Under the pieces are notes generated by a model that saw only the letters and a list, made by a program, of their open reading frames with translations, was not told the origin of the DNA and made no database searches. From Perkinsela sp. CCAP 1560/9 (lineage: Eukaryota > Protista > Euglenozoa: Kinetoplastea): a stretch of 64,000 nt of DNA. A program made the position numbers and the translations under genes. The stretch is from positions 558,001-622,000 of the forward strand of contig CBFFSA010000008.1 of the NCBI GenBank assembly GCA_965644495.1, in the 5' to 3' direction. Of the stretch, positions 1-10,481 are shown piece by piece (the stretch's first letter is position 1; each line of letters starts with the position of its first letter).

Positions 1-253
1 GCAGAGAAGTTTTCGAAAAAAAACCGCAGAAAGGGTAGCCGGGGTCTTGGCACGCATTTTCCACCCCCCTACCCGGGGGTGACCCCCCTGCGGATCCGCA
101 GGACCTCCCTGCGTATGCGCAGGACGGGTCCGCCGAGTTCGAATTTTTTCGGAAATTTTTTTTTGAAAAAAATTTTAACGTGGCGAAAAAAATGGCAAAA
201 AAAATATTTTTCCAAAATCGTTTCCCTTATTGTATTTTGATAGTTTGGGACCT
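1..253. mobile_element. Terminal fragment of an unclassified repeat element: GC-rich hairpin cluster followed by an A/T-tract terminus
   Basis: ~195-252 aligns by eye with the reverse complement of ~8285-8340. There are palindromes at 62-81, 87-102 and 108-123. It runs off the window edge. Confidence 0.4.
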
Positions 254-349
254 ACACTAGCTTTCTCCGCAGTTGTTTTCGCAAGGTATCCCTTCTTCGA
301 ACCGTGGTGCGCCCCTCAAAATGACCCATTCTTGACCAAAAAAGGTGAA

Positions 350-551
350 AAAGTATTTTTCGGACCTAAAGGGGCATTTTTGTGTCGAAAGAATGGTATG
401 GTTGGAGTCGTATTCTCTACCCAATACGTTCGGTAGGCTTCCATTCATGTCTACGAGTGATTTCCCACGCGCAAATTTCGGATTTAGTGCTCTGAGAGCA
501 AAAATATGCGAAAATCACCCGATTTTTACCCGAAATTCGGCTATTTTTGGC
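350..551 (+). repeat. Dispersed repeat B, copy 1 (probable transposon end)
   Basis: Highly similar direct copy at 2211-2412. Both copies end in CGGCTATTTTTGGC. Confidence 0.85.
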
Positions 552-615
552 TAGTACAAGCATAGTGTAGTTTTGCAGTACTAGTACAAGCATAGTAGTT
601 TTGCATAGTACAAGC
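552..615. repeat. Short imperfect tandem repeat (TAGTACAAGCA core x3)
   Basis: Read directly from the sequence. Confidence 0.75.
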
Positions 616-1670
616 ACGCAAGTATGCGAGTGCTATGTGAGACTTGAGAGAAAAACTTGGATCGTCCCATAATAAGGAGCATAGTCTGCACATTCCAGAA
701 AATTTAATCCAAGATGAAAGCGGGCCGATAGGTGGCTTAGAAAGGGAAGTTAAAGGGGACGGCGAAGACGGTAGTGAAGGGGATAATGGAGGGATAACGA
801 AGGGGGCTATGATGGGGATGATGAAGAGGACGATGATAGAGACGATGAAGCTAACGAGCTCCGACTCCTGCCTTCCAATTTCGTCCGTAGAACTCCACGC
901 AAGACCATTCGCCTAAAAATAGAGCAGAAAAAGAAATACATACAGTATGTAGAAGTGAAATAACCCCCCCCAATGAAACGTGACCCACCCCTTTTTTTCG
1001 TACAAGTGTCCGTTTGAGCTGATTTTTGTTGCATTTTGCAGATCTCAACACAAAGACTTTGGGCGAGAAGGAATGAAACTAAAAGAAGCGAATAAGTATA
1101 ATTTAGAGAGAGATTACCATTTTGTCACTTTTTCGCCGTTCAACTTTATACACTGTTTAAGGCGAGAGTCAAAGCTTAAGACCGTTTTGTCGCTCACTTT
1201 TTGAGGCAAAGAAGACAATTCTTTACGTACACATCGGATAAGTGAAGGCTTGTCCGATGGGGTTTGTTCGTCCACTGCCTTTTGAACCATAGACCAGACG
1301 TTTTCTATGGGGGAAAAGTCTGGTGAATTGGGGGGGCAGTTTTTCAATACATCTTTCATTCTACTTGTAATGTAGTCCTTAGAGGCATGGGCGGTGTGCC
1401 GTGGCCCCATCCTGTTGAAAAATACAATTCATGGGGAAAGTTACCCTTTTGAGCGTCTCTATGGAACCCATGCAGTTTTGGCTCGCAGTGGCTGGCAGCG
1501 TTTGACAGCGTACGGCAGCATGTGGCAGCGTATGACATAATTTTGAAAAAAAAATGACATATACTAATTATTGGTCGGACTTTTATTTGAAAAATTAATA
1601 TTTCTACTAGATTCCTTTCGTTTACAAGAACAAAACATTTTATTGATCGTGTCAGAGGAGTACGTTCAGG

Positions 1671-2297
1671 TTGGAAGGGATAGATTTCCACTGCGTTACT
1701 GTGGGACATGCGATCAAAAAAACCCTTCACTCTATTGAGTCCGAAAGCATGTTTGTATTGCGCTACAAACTTCTCGTGGAGAAACCGGTGGAGAAACTTC
1801 CCGACGTGATTGCGGAAGTGGAATCGTGCCTTTCGTGTGGGTATGCGAACGTACCCGTGAGAGCTGTAATATGCCCCCAATGCCACAGGCGCAAGAACGC
1901 GGAACTATTGACTCACATGGATAAGGAAAAGCTTCGTTCTGCGGGACTGAATGTTGAAAGCGCGCAACGCGTGTGCTGCAAATACGCAAAATACATGTTG
2001 TGCGGGAAGCGCCTAAGTCCTTCAGATGTGGCTTACATCCTTTGGCAAATTGAGATGTCTCGTCAGGCCAGGCAGAATTGTAGAAGGGACGGCTCGTATA
2101 TCCGAGCGGCTCGTAGCTTAAACTCTCACTTTTTTCCGCACGGGATTCACGCAGACGATGAGCGAGTCACATCTAATATTCAAAAAAAAAATGTGTGGGT
2201 GGCCTATGATAAAGTATTTTTCGGACCCCAAGGGGCCTTTTTGTGTCGAAAGAATGGTGTGGTTGGAGTCGCATTCTCTACCCAATACGTTCGGTAG
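1671..2297 (+). CDS. Hypothetical zinc-ribbon (CxxC-x11-CxxC) ORF inside the 3-bp-TSD element; the last ~29 codons derive from repeat B
   Basis: 208-codon open frame containing CLSCGYANVPVRAVICPQC. The first ATG is only at ~1750. No family recognised. Confidence 0.3.
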   Translation: MEGIDFHCVTVGHAIKKTLHSIESESMFVLRYKLLVEKPVEKLPDVIAEVESCLSCGYANVPVRAVICPQCHRRKNAELLTHMDKEKLRSAGLNVESAQRVCCKYAKYMLCGKRLSPSDVAYILWQIEMSRQARQNCRRDGSYIRAARSLNSHFFPHGIHADDERVTSNIQKKNVWVAYDKVFFGPQGAFLCRKNGVVGVAFSTQYVR

Positions 2298-2412
2298 GCT
2301 TTGCTTCATCCCTACGAGTCATTTCCCACACGCAAATATCAGATTTAGTGCTCTGAGAGCAAAAATACCCAAAAATGACCCCATTTTTATCCGAAAATCG
2401 GCTATTTTTGGC
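2211..2412 (+). repeat. Dispersed repeat B, copy 2
   Basis: Direct copy of 350-551. Confidence 0.85.
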
Positions 2413-2451
2413 CACAATCTTTCCGTTTTCTTCAGCTTTCCAGGCCAAATT

Positions 2452-2566
2452 TTCTTTTTTAGGCTCTTCGTTAAACGCGGTGGTAGTTTTCCACGCGAAG
2501 CGCGCAGCATGTGTGACTTCTAAGTTGAAAACAACCACCGCGTTTAACGAAGAGTCTAAAAAAGAA
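2452..2566. mobile_element. ~110-bp hairpin MITE family C, copy 1
   Basis: Arms TTCTTTTTTAGGCTCTTCGTTAAACGCGGTGGT / ACCACCGCGTTTAACGAAGAGTCTAAAAAAGAA. Near-identical copy at 39827-39932. Confidence 0.75.
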
Positions 2567-3227
2567 TTTAACTATTAATAGTACAAAAACCACTTGTCTA
2601 CATGTTCGGGTAACCAGCTGGTTTGGCTTCAGGGAGAGAGGCCCTCAGAGGACGTTTTTGGCTCGCAGTGGCTGGCAGCGTGTGGCTTGGCTGGCAGCGT
2701 GTGGCACTGGCTCGCAGTGGCGGTCTGCATGGGTTCCTATGTAGGACATACATATGTACTCGTGATAGACGAGTCAGAATCCAGAATAACCAAGTATCTC
2801 CACCCTACTCCTATGGCACCCCCAACTTGATATCTTGGCGCCCAGCGTACTTTTCGACGCGGGGCTGCTTTTTGACTGGGTGCTACCCGCACATTCGCGA
2901 AATGGCTTCCTTTTTGACACACCCTGACCGTCTCTCATCCTTAACAAAAGCTTTCCGCTATTCGTAAGCCCCCCTTTCGGTAGCCGAAAAGGAGACTTCG
3001 GCATTTTTCCGAAAAAATGAAGTTTTTCAAAAAAAAAAATCAGTTTTTTTAAAGATTTTAAAAGAGCTGAAAATAGCGGGAACGTACAGATCTCAAAATT
3101 TTGAACGATAATGTGGTGCCGTAACCCCCCTACACCCCCCTGTGCGAAAAACAAGGGTGGGTCACCTATTCGTTGGGGGGGGGTTATATGTAGAAATTTC
3201 GCTTCTAATTTTTTAAATTTGTCACTT

Positions 3228-3347
3228 TTTTTAAAGCGACAGATAACTAAGGGGCGTGGTCGACGGAAAAAATGTTCGACGGGCCGAAAAGCGACAGATA
3301 ACTAGGGGGCAGTGGGGGGGGGGTGACAGATAACTAGGGGGGTACAG
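3228..3347. mobile_element. Right end of a TA-flanked (Tc1/mariner/pogo-type) element with repeated GACAGATAACTA(G/A)GGG boxes
   Basis: Three boxes ending ...GGGGGGTACAG|TA. The same family occurs at 25414-25620 (TA|CTGTAC..CTACTTATCTGTCAC). Confidence 0.7.
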
Positions 3348-4386
3348 TAAATTATAAATTTTCGGCCCTGTACTTATTAAAAACTTCCTACCAGTATGAA
3401 ACAGTACCAGGTATTGTATGCCAGATCCCATGCTGCCTCGGACCCTTGTGTGTCATGCTTTTACCGGATTCAACCTGTCCTTGTTGCTATATTTTTCCAT
3501 TTTTTACTGTATCTCCATGGAACCACAAGCAACAAGGCCATATGCGTCACAGGACCCTACTACGGAATCACGTGACGTGACCGAACCTACGACATTCATT
3601 ACTATGCAACCCTGTTCCCCGGATTCCAAAGTAAAAGCATGCCGCTCAGCTGATAATATTGGCCGAAGTGCTCATGACATGCCAAAATGCAATATTGTCC
3701 CGTCTGCGCTACAGCTTTACTATCCACCCATGTCTCACCTCAAACTTTATTCAACGGTTCCAAAAAAGAGCGACCCGGTACCTACGACGATGGATTGGTC
3801 GGATTTCTAATTAGTTTATACGTAGCAGCAAAAGAGGTCGCATAAATGCACTGCATATACGTGTGTAAACACGCAATTACATGTGTTTCATATGTAAATT
3901 ATGAAAATATGCAAAAATAAACGGTTCTCTATGTTTCTATCATATGAACGTAAACAATGTAGCAATCCGATATTCGGCAATGGGGGTGAGCCCTGATCAT
4001 CCAAGCCAATGAAAAGGTAACAAGCACAAAGTACGCGATTATCGTACAGATCAAAATGATTGCCTTGACTTCAACTATGCGTGTGAAACGTATAGAGTTC
4101 ACTCATTTTTTCAACATATTACATCAGCATAAAAGATATGCCATATTTTTTCAAGTAGCCGACTTACACGTCAATATTGGATATTCAAATAAAAACTTTT
4201 TTCAAATCTATCGAATTTATAACATCTACAATGGAAAATATGAATAATCTAAATTATGGAACGTGATTCAAATCAAGTAGCATCAATACATCGCGAAATC
4301 CGAGTTTCACATGATCAATACAAAAACTCAGCAACGTGGTTAAAAAACAATGCAAAATACACGACGACAGGTAACAAGTAGCTGGG

Positions 4387-6363
4387 CTATTTTTTCTCTT
4401 CCGAAGAACCCTCTGACTCTGGTTTCGCTTCCTGTCCTTCAGTGGAGTTCGAAGACGTGGAACTGGAACCGGTGGTATTCTTGGCGGCAGCTTGCTGATA
4501 CTCCGTACGCCCGCACTCCATCACAGCCTTTTGTAGTTTGTCCGTGGCCGCTTGAAGCTCATCCTTGCCCGAATTCGCATTGTCCATGCACGTGCGTAGT
4601 TCAGAGACAAGTTTGCGCACGTTTTCCTTCTCTGCGTCACTAACATATTTCCAGTCTCCTAGTTGACGTTCAGCTGTGTTGAGTTGTGTGTCCGCATTGT
4701 TCTTGCATTCAACTAGATCGCGCTTTTTGCGATCCGCTTCGGCGTGCATTTCTGAATCCTTAATCATTTGCTGTACTTCGGAGCTAGAAAGGCCACCATT
4801 CGCCTGGATAGTGATGTTTTGCTCTCGTCCTGTAGCCTTATCCTTGGCAGTGACGTGGCAGATGCCGTTGGCATCAATGTCAAAGGTGACTTCGATTTGG
4901 GGTACGCCACGAGGTGCGGGAGGAATACCTACCAAGTCGAACTGCCCAAGGATTTGATTATCCGAGGCCATTTCACGCTCCCCTTGAAACACCTTGATAC
5001 CCACCTGTGTTTGGTTGTCAGCGGCCGTACTGAACACTTGGCTTTTCTTAGTTGGGATAGTAGTGTTCTTGTTAATCATCCGAGTAAAGACGCCACCAAG
5101 AGTTTCAATTCCTAGTGAGAGAGGGGTCACGTCAAGCAATACCAAGCCTTTTACTTCACCGCGCATCACACCTCCCTGAATGGCTGCACCTACTGCAACA
5201 ACCTCGTCGGGGTTGACACCTTTAAAGGGCTCTCGGCCAAAAAATTGCTTCACGACTTCAACTACCTTCGGCATTCGGGTCATCCCTCCCACCATGACGA
5301 CCTCTTGTACACCTTTCGCATCAACACCCGCGTCCTTCAGACATACTTTTACGGGGCCGATGCTCCTCTGGACAAGGTGTTCAACAAGGCCTTCAAACTT
5401 GGCGCGCGTAAGATTCATTTGAATGTGCTGAGGACCTTCGCTGTTCGCGCTGATGAAGGGAAGATTGATTTCGGTTTGCGTCGCCGAAGACAGTTCACAC
5501 TTGGCCTTCTCCGCTGCCTCTCGAACACGCTGCAGAGCCATCTTCTCTTTCGAAAGATCAATTCCTGTAGATTTTTTAAAGTCGTTCAGAATGTGATCTG
5601 TCAAAAGTGCGTCGAAGTCCTCTCCTCCCAGGAAAGTGTCTCCATTTGTCGCTTTCACTTCGAAGACGCCGCCGGCAATCTCAAGAATTGAAATATCAAA
5701 TGTACCACCACCCAAGTCGTAGATAGCAACGATGCGATCCTTTTCCTTGTCCATACCATACGCAATAGCAGCGGCCGTCGGCTCATTGATGATGCGGGCA
5801 ACATTTAACCCGGCAATCTGCCCTGCATCCGTAGTCGCAGTACGCTGTTGATCATTGAAATAGGCCGGGACAGTAACTATCGCGTGCTTTACTTTGCGGC
5901 CTAGATGACTTTCCGCAGTCTCTTTCATTTTTTGTAAGACAAACGCACCAATTTGTGACGGAGAATACCGCTTGCCGTTAGCGTCCTCGACCCAGGCATC
6001 ACCATTCGTGTGTCGTGCAATCTTGTACGAAACCATCTTCTTGTGCTTTTCTGTCATAGAATCCTCAAAGCGGCGTCCGATCAAACGCTTAACCGCGTAG
6101 AATGTGCTCGAAGGATTCGTCACCGCTTGGCGTTTCGCTGCGTGACCCACAAGCTTTTCTTCGCCCTTAAAGGCAACAATGGAGGGCGTCGTCCGCATAC
6201 CCTCGGCATTCTCCAAGACACGGGGCTTGCCTCCTTCCATCACTGCCACACAGCTGTTGGTCGTGCCTAAATCAATACCTATGACGTCTCCGTCAAGCTT
6301 GGAAGTAGCGTACTGACGAATACCGGCTAAGGAAAGCGAACCAAGGGAGCGGCGGACAAGCAT
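4387..6363 (-). CDS. mtHSP70: Mitochondrial HSP70 (DnaK-type chaperone)
   Basis: [32 protein letters not shown] and [15 protein letters not shown] motifs. Short MLVRRS presequence. 658 aa, intronless. Confidence 0.97.
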   Translation of the reverse strand: MLVRRSLGSLSLAGIRQYATSKLDGDVIGIDLGTTNSCVAVMEGGKPRVLENAEGMRTTPSIVAFKGEEKLVGHAAKRQAVTNPSSTFYAVKRLIGRRFEDSMTEKHKKMVSYKIARHTNGDAWVEDANGKRYSPSQIGAFVLQKMKETAESHLGRKVKHAIVTVPAYFNDQQRTATTDAGQIAGLNVARIINEPTAAAIAYGMDKEKDRIVAIYDLGGGTFDISILEIAGGVFEVKATNGDTFLGGEDFDALLTDHILNDFKKSTGIDLSKEKMALQRVREAAEKAKCELSSATQTEINLPFISANSEGPQHIQMNLTRAKFEGLVEHLVQRSIGPVKVCLKDAGVDAKGVQEVVMVGGMTRMPKVVEVVKQFFGREPFKGVNPDEVVAVGAAIQGGVMRGEVKGLVLLDVTPLSLGIETLGGVFTRMINKNTTIPTKKSQVFSTAADNQTQVGIKVFQGEREMASDNQILGQFDLVGIPPAPRGVPQIEVTFDIDANGICHVTAKDKATGREQNITIQANGGLSSSEVQQMIKDSEMHAEADRKKRDLVECKNNADTQLNTAERQLGDWKYVSDAEKENVRKLVSELRTCMDNANSGKDELQAATDKLQKAVMECGRTEYQQAAAKNTTGSSSTSSNSTEGQEAKPESEGSSEEKK

Positions 6364-6489
6364 CGTTATGGAATCAGAAAAGTTAAGTAAAATTGAGCTG
6401 AAAACTTAAAAAGTATATGAGAAGTCATTTAGCGCATTAGGTTAAAATCATGAGATCGATGGCTACGAGAAAAGAACGTGTACAAAATT

Positions 6490-7530
6490 TTAAGATGTTT
6501 TTACATCTGTGATGCGATCCGCATATGGTTCTGTTAGAATGAAGCATTTTAGTAAGTGATCATTCCAGATGGGAACTATGGCGCACGAACTAGGTGTTGG
6601 ACTTTCACTTTTATCGTGAACTTCGCTCGTATTTTTCTCGGACGAGTGTTCAGATGATGGTACTTGATCACTCCTCAGTGCTCTTGAATGAACGGAATAA
6701 GGACCATGTAAAATTTTTCGGTGGTCAGGAACAACATTTTCTGTGCCGTAGCTAATTTCTGGAATAGCTATCCAAGAAGAACCTTGCATCACAATATTCG
6801 ATCCCCCCTTGTCCGGAATCCCCTTTTCGCCTTCTTCAATAGTTCCGTTGGTAGGAAGACTATAGACAGCTAAATCGAGTAATAATTCAAATGCTGGCAT
6901 ACTTGGATTTGAAAATCTCGGCTCTTGAATAATTTTCCTTTGAGAAACGTTACTGTGGGAAGAGTTGAGTCTCGGATCGTACTGGCAGGCTATGGTCCGC
7001 TCCAGCAGTCCAATCAGACTGTCACGCATGCACATGGGCGACTCTGTCAAACAGGAATTTGTCAAATAACCTTGCTTCTTTCTTGAAGCTGCGCGGTTTC
7101 TAATGTGATCAATATTGAATGTCAAAACTTTCGATGAAACGAAACAGCAAGGAACCACATTTTCAAATTCAAGCGTCACTCCTTCGTTTGGAGCAGTGCG
7201 GATTCGCGCACGACGTATTCCCAAGTAAGGACATTTAGACGTATCTTCCACTGACCATACCTGCGAGATACCTTGAATAAGAGGGTCTTCCAGTAATTCT
7301 GTTATGTAGTACTCCACCGCTTTGTGCTTGCACCGATAATAGAAATATGATCTGCTTGTGTAGGAATTAGAGTTCTTTAATGTTTCCTCATTCTCAAAAA
7401 TATGACCAGGAACTTTGCATTGCTCAAAACATTCTTTCGGATAACACCCACGGGCGTACACCACCTGATGAATCCAGACTTCAAGATATAATTTCCAAGT
7501 TATCGTACACTCTTCGTCCATTGCTTTCAT
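6490..7530 (-). CDS. HORMA-domain protein, REV7/MAD2L2-like
   Basis: N-terminal YLEVWIHQVVYARGCYPKECF..Y.CKHKAVEYYI matches the Rev7-type pattern (FLEV.VH.ILY.R.VYP..F...HP.L..YI). The remainder is divergent. Confidence 0.6.
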   Translation of the reverse strand: MKAMDEECTITWKLYLEVWIHQVVYARGCYPKECFEQCKVPGHIFENEETLKNSNSYTSRSYFYYRCKHKAVEYYITELLEDPLIQGISQVWSVEDTSKCPYLGIRRARIRTAPNEGVTLEFENVVPCCFVSSKVLTFNIDHIRNRAASRKKQGYLTNSCLTESPMCMRDSLIGLLERTIACQYDPRLNSSHSNVSQRKIIQEPRFSNPSMPAFELLLDLAVYSLPTNGTIEEGEKGIPDKGGSNIVMQGSSWIAIPEISYGTENVVPDHRKILHGPYSVHSRALRSDQVPSSEHSSEKNTSEVHDKSESPTPSSCAIVPIWNDHLLKCFILTEPYADRITDVKTS

Positions 7531-7680
7531 TCAGCTTTGGACTCCTGCAGTTTAATCTCAGAAGTGACGAAGTCACAAATATCGCATGCAGCGTAGTATT
7601 TTATATAGCGTTGTAAAACCTTCGGCTTCTGAGCATATGGTATCAATTTCGTCTGAAGTTAAGCTACAGTCCTTCGAATA

Positions 7681-7866
7681 ATCCGGGCTAAAGTGGGCGA
7701 GGGAGCTACCGATAACACAGATGCGGCGGCTTCCCACAGGAAAGATGGTATCCCCCTTTTGGTATGAAAGCACTCGGGTGCATACAAAGTAGGAGATACC
7801 ATCTTTCCTGTGGGAGGCCGCCGCACCTGTGTTATCGGTAGCTCCCTCGCCTACTTTAGCCTGGAT
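7681..7866. mobile_element. 186-bp foldback MITE with TA TSD
   Basis: ~72-bp arms with 4 mismatches plus an imperfect inner stem and ~14-nt loop. TA at 7679-7680 and 7867-7868. Confidence 0.85.
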
Positions 7867-8283
7867 TACAGAGCCATGAAAACAAGTTCCCTAGGTATGC
7901 TTACAGCTTCCAACGCGAGGAAGTCGTCGTCCCTGACGCAAAAAGTCAGAAGTTCTGCTTTCGGCCTTGCGCCCCCTCCTTCCTCTACGGTCCTTGGTCA
8001 CACACTTCCAGTCAAATGAATCATGTGTGGTAATTTGCGCTTCGCAAATTGCTTACCGCGAATTTCGAATGATACATGTTCACGTTGTAAACCAACCCTG
8101 CGTTCAAGAAAGAGCCTAAAACAGAAACATTTAGAAAACACTGAAGAATAATTCTGTTCTCCGGCCAACACCTTTTTTCGCCCAAGAATATCAGATTTCC
8201 GTGTTTTGACCTGAGGTTTTGAATCCTTTACCAGTGGGGGTTGGTTAGGCATCTCATCGTAAAAACATCATAGAATCGTATCT

Positions 8284-8748
8284 GGGTTTCCAAGCTCTCA
8301 GAATACGGTTTGGCAATCTATTTTGAAAAAATACTTTTTAACTTTTTTTTCGGTAAAAAAATATTTTTGGGGAGCAAAAAATCCAAAAAAAAAATCCAAA
8401 TCATTCCGGATTGCTCCGGACGGTCACTGGCAAGCCAGACCCTTCACAGACAGATTTGGAAGTTCCGAGGCCGACGTCCTCGACCAGTTTCCGCCCGTCC
8501 AAGGCGGCACCAACATGCTGTTACCAACACCCTGCGTCGACGAATTGTACGTCAACACGGCTTACCCAAGAGGTGTAAGCCGGGTAAGGGAGCTGGTTCC
8601 CTGAGGGGAGGGTCCGGGACGGTCCTCCGAGTACTGGGCCTAGTCGGTTCTCAGCCCAGCCTCTTAGAGTGAGGCCGCCAGGAATAATGCGATGAGTGGG
8701 TTTGAACTCGCTATCTGAGCATCATGCGCTTCAAACTTTGAATTCTTG
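8284..8748. mobile_element. Fragment of an unclassified element related to 1-253 (inverted), with an internal hairpin array
   Basis: Terminal A/T-tract region similar to the reverse complement of ~195-252. Successive stem-loops at 8558-8711. Confidence 0.4.
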
Positions 8749-8841
8749 CCATCCAAAGATCCTCGTTCCACACGTTTTTGACCCTGCATAGTCTAACTAG
8801 TATACTAGTATATACTAAAACACTAGTATTCGGCTAGTATA

Positions 8842-9622
8842 CAGGGGGGATCACCAATATCGGGACACCTCCTATTTTTGGGCTGTGGGTCCGTTTCACC
8901 TGATTTTTGTTGCAAAAGAGAGATCTCGACGCGAATATGATCGGAACGACATTTTGCGCCTATTTAAACACACTTGTAAAAAATGGTATAAAAAAAATAA
9001 AAAAAATCTCTAAAAAATATGCAAATTTATGTAAGAATTGTGCAAATCCCGTTAAAATTGTCTGTTAAAGGATACAATTCTCTTTTATTGCACCGGGTCA
9101 TGGGCAAGCCCGTCGTGCGGGATTGCAAGCAGGCCTAAACATTATTGATTGGCCCTCAAAGTCACCTGACTTAAACTTGATAGAAAACTTGTGGTCAATC
9201 ATGGATGACTACATTCATAGTTCTTTGCGTCCGAAAAATAGGCATGAATTGCGAGAGGCCATACCCAAGGCTATTGAATGTCTCCTAACCGAAAAGCGGG
9301 ATATCCTAGAGAAGACTCTGAAGAGCCTCCCAAAACGGTTAGAAAGTGTAAGTGAGTTACGGAAGTGTAACGGAGGGGTTATTTCATACTAAATAATTTT
9401 TTCAATGCTTTTTAAGACATTTTTATCCACATTTTCAAATGTGCAAATTTTGAAAAAAATCGTTTTTGTCGTACACACCCTACTTTTTAGGTGTGTTTCA
9501 ATAGGCGCAAAATATCGTTCCGATCATATTCGCGTCGAGATCTCTCTTTTGCAACAAAAATCAGGTGAAACGGACACATGGCACAAAAATGGCGGGTGTC
9601 CCGATATTGGTGATCCCCCCTG
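8842..9622 (+). mobile_element. Tc1-type deletion derivative with long (~130-bp) imperfect TIRs, TA TSD
   Basis: TA|CAGGGGGGATCACCAATATCGGGACACC ... GGTGTCCCGATATTGGTGATCCCCCCTG|TA. C-terminal transposase remnant at 9123-9392 (WPSKSPDLNLIENLW ... LPKRL). Confidence 0.9.
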
Positions 9623-10481
9623 TATACTATAGTATATACTATGAGATACTACTTTTTTGTAGACTGGGTATTTACTAATCGTAATCAACGGACGCATGGA
9701 AAACCTCAAGCAATTCAACGTTCAAGGCAAAGGAAGCAGGAGAATATGCTGAATGCTTCATTCTCCAACAGTTACTTAACAAATCAACCAATAAACTTCC
9801 TTAAAAATCAGGAATTGATTTAGTTTACCACAGCGCAGATGCGCACAGAGAGGTGAAAGGATGCTTATCCTGAGCGAAAGTTGAGTCGAGTGCGTGAAAA
9901 AGTGAGTTGAGGGGTGAAAGGAGTTCAGATCTCGCATTCCGCGCATAAACGCTTCCTCACATATTTTTCATTGGTATATGATGTAAGAAAAGAAACAGAT
10001 CAAGAGCGTGTAGCACGAATATACGAATAAAATTAATATATTGTAGTGTAATAAAAAATACTAAACGTGGCTATTTTCATCAATGCATAAATATTTATTT
10101 ATATGTTATTCTGAATTGATAAAGATACCTGAAGGAATACTTCAAGGACTTACACGACACTGAGTTAAACCACAGAACCCAGTTCCGACGTCAATACATA
10201 GTGCATAATAGTACAATAAACCGTTGCTGTGGACGAAAAAAGTATTTCGCTTGTTGAACACTGAGAAAAAAACCAGAGAAAAATATCTCAGATACGGAGA
10301 AGAAATACCACAAAACGGAGCTCTGGACGTACGAATATTATCGCAATATTACCACATATTCTATTTACCGCAATTCAATTGATATTTACCGCAATGTATA
10401 CCCTGTATGCTACGATACTCTATATGTATGATACTCTGTGCGCCATGTAGTTCGATATTATTTTATATGGAGTGTTCCGCG

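Larger units (their letters stand above)
1463..2737. mobile_element. TIR element with 3-bp TSD (TAT), GG..CC termini, PIF/Harbinger-like ends, non-autonomous
   Basis: 13-bp perfect TIR GGAACCCATGCAG / CTGCATGGGTTCC, with TAT at 1460-1462 and 2738-2740. Removing it restores the Tc1 reading ..Y-I-E-T.. seen in the 26970 ORF. Confidence 0.8.
1114..3004 (-). pseudogene. Tc1-type transposase pseudogene (N-terminal part 3004-2741, C-terminal part 1459-1114)
   Basis: N-terminus MPKSPFRLPKGGLT matches MTKSPYRLPKGALT at 26770. Motifs GAIG, QQDG(A), PPNSPDFSPIENVW and SRLKQCIKLNG are present. It has frameshifts and is split by 1463-2737. Confidence 0.85.
963..3184 (-). mobile_element. Tc1/mariner-type (DD35E) transposon, internally deleted and interrupted by a nested element
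   Basis: Imperfect TIRs ACCCCCCCCAATGAAACGTGACCCACCC / GGGTGGGTCACCTATTCGTTGGGGGGGGGT with TA at 961-962 and 3185-3186. Transposase fragments are homologous to those in 26587-27518. Confidence 0.85.

Noticed and set aside
644-963. Acidic low-complexity plus-strand ORF
   Set aside because: No ATG start, frameshifted and inside a TE island. Probably a decayed TE protein tail that cannot be assigned.
1800-1905. CxxC..CxxC followed by KNA as a TnpB/Fanzor zinc ribbon
   Set aside because: No RuvC I/II/III acidic motifs, no DxNAA, and the ribbon is not C-terminal.
3418-3810. 130-aa plus-strand ORF
   Set aside because: Opposite to the cluster orientation, no recognisable motif, and located in the spacer downstream of mtHSP70.
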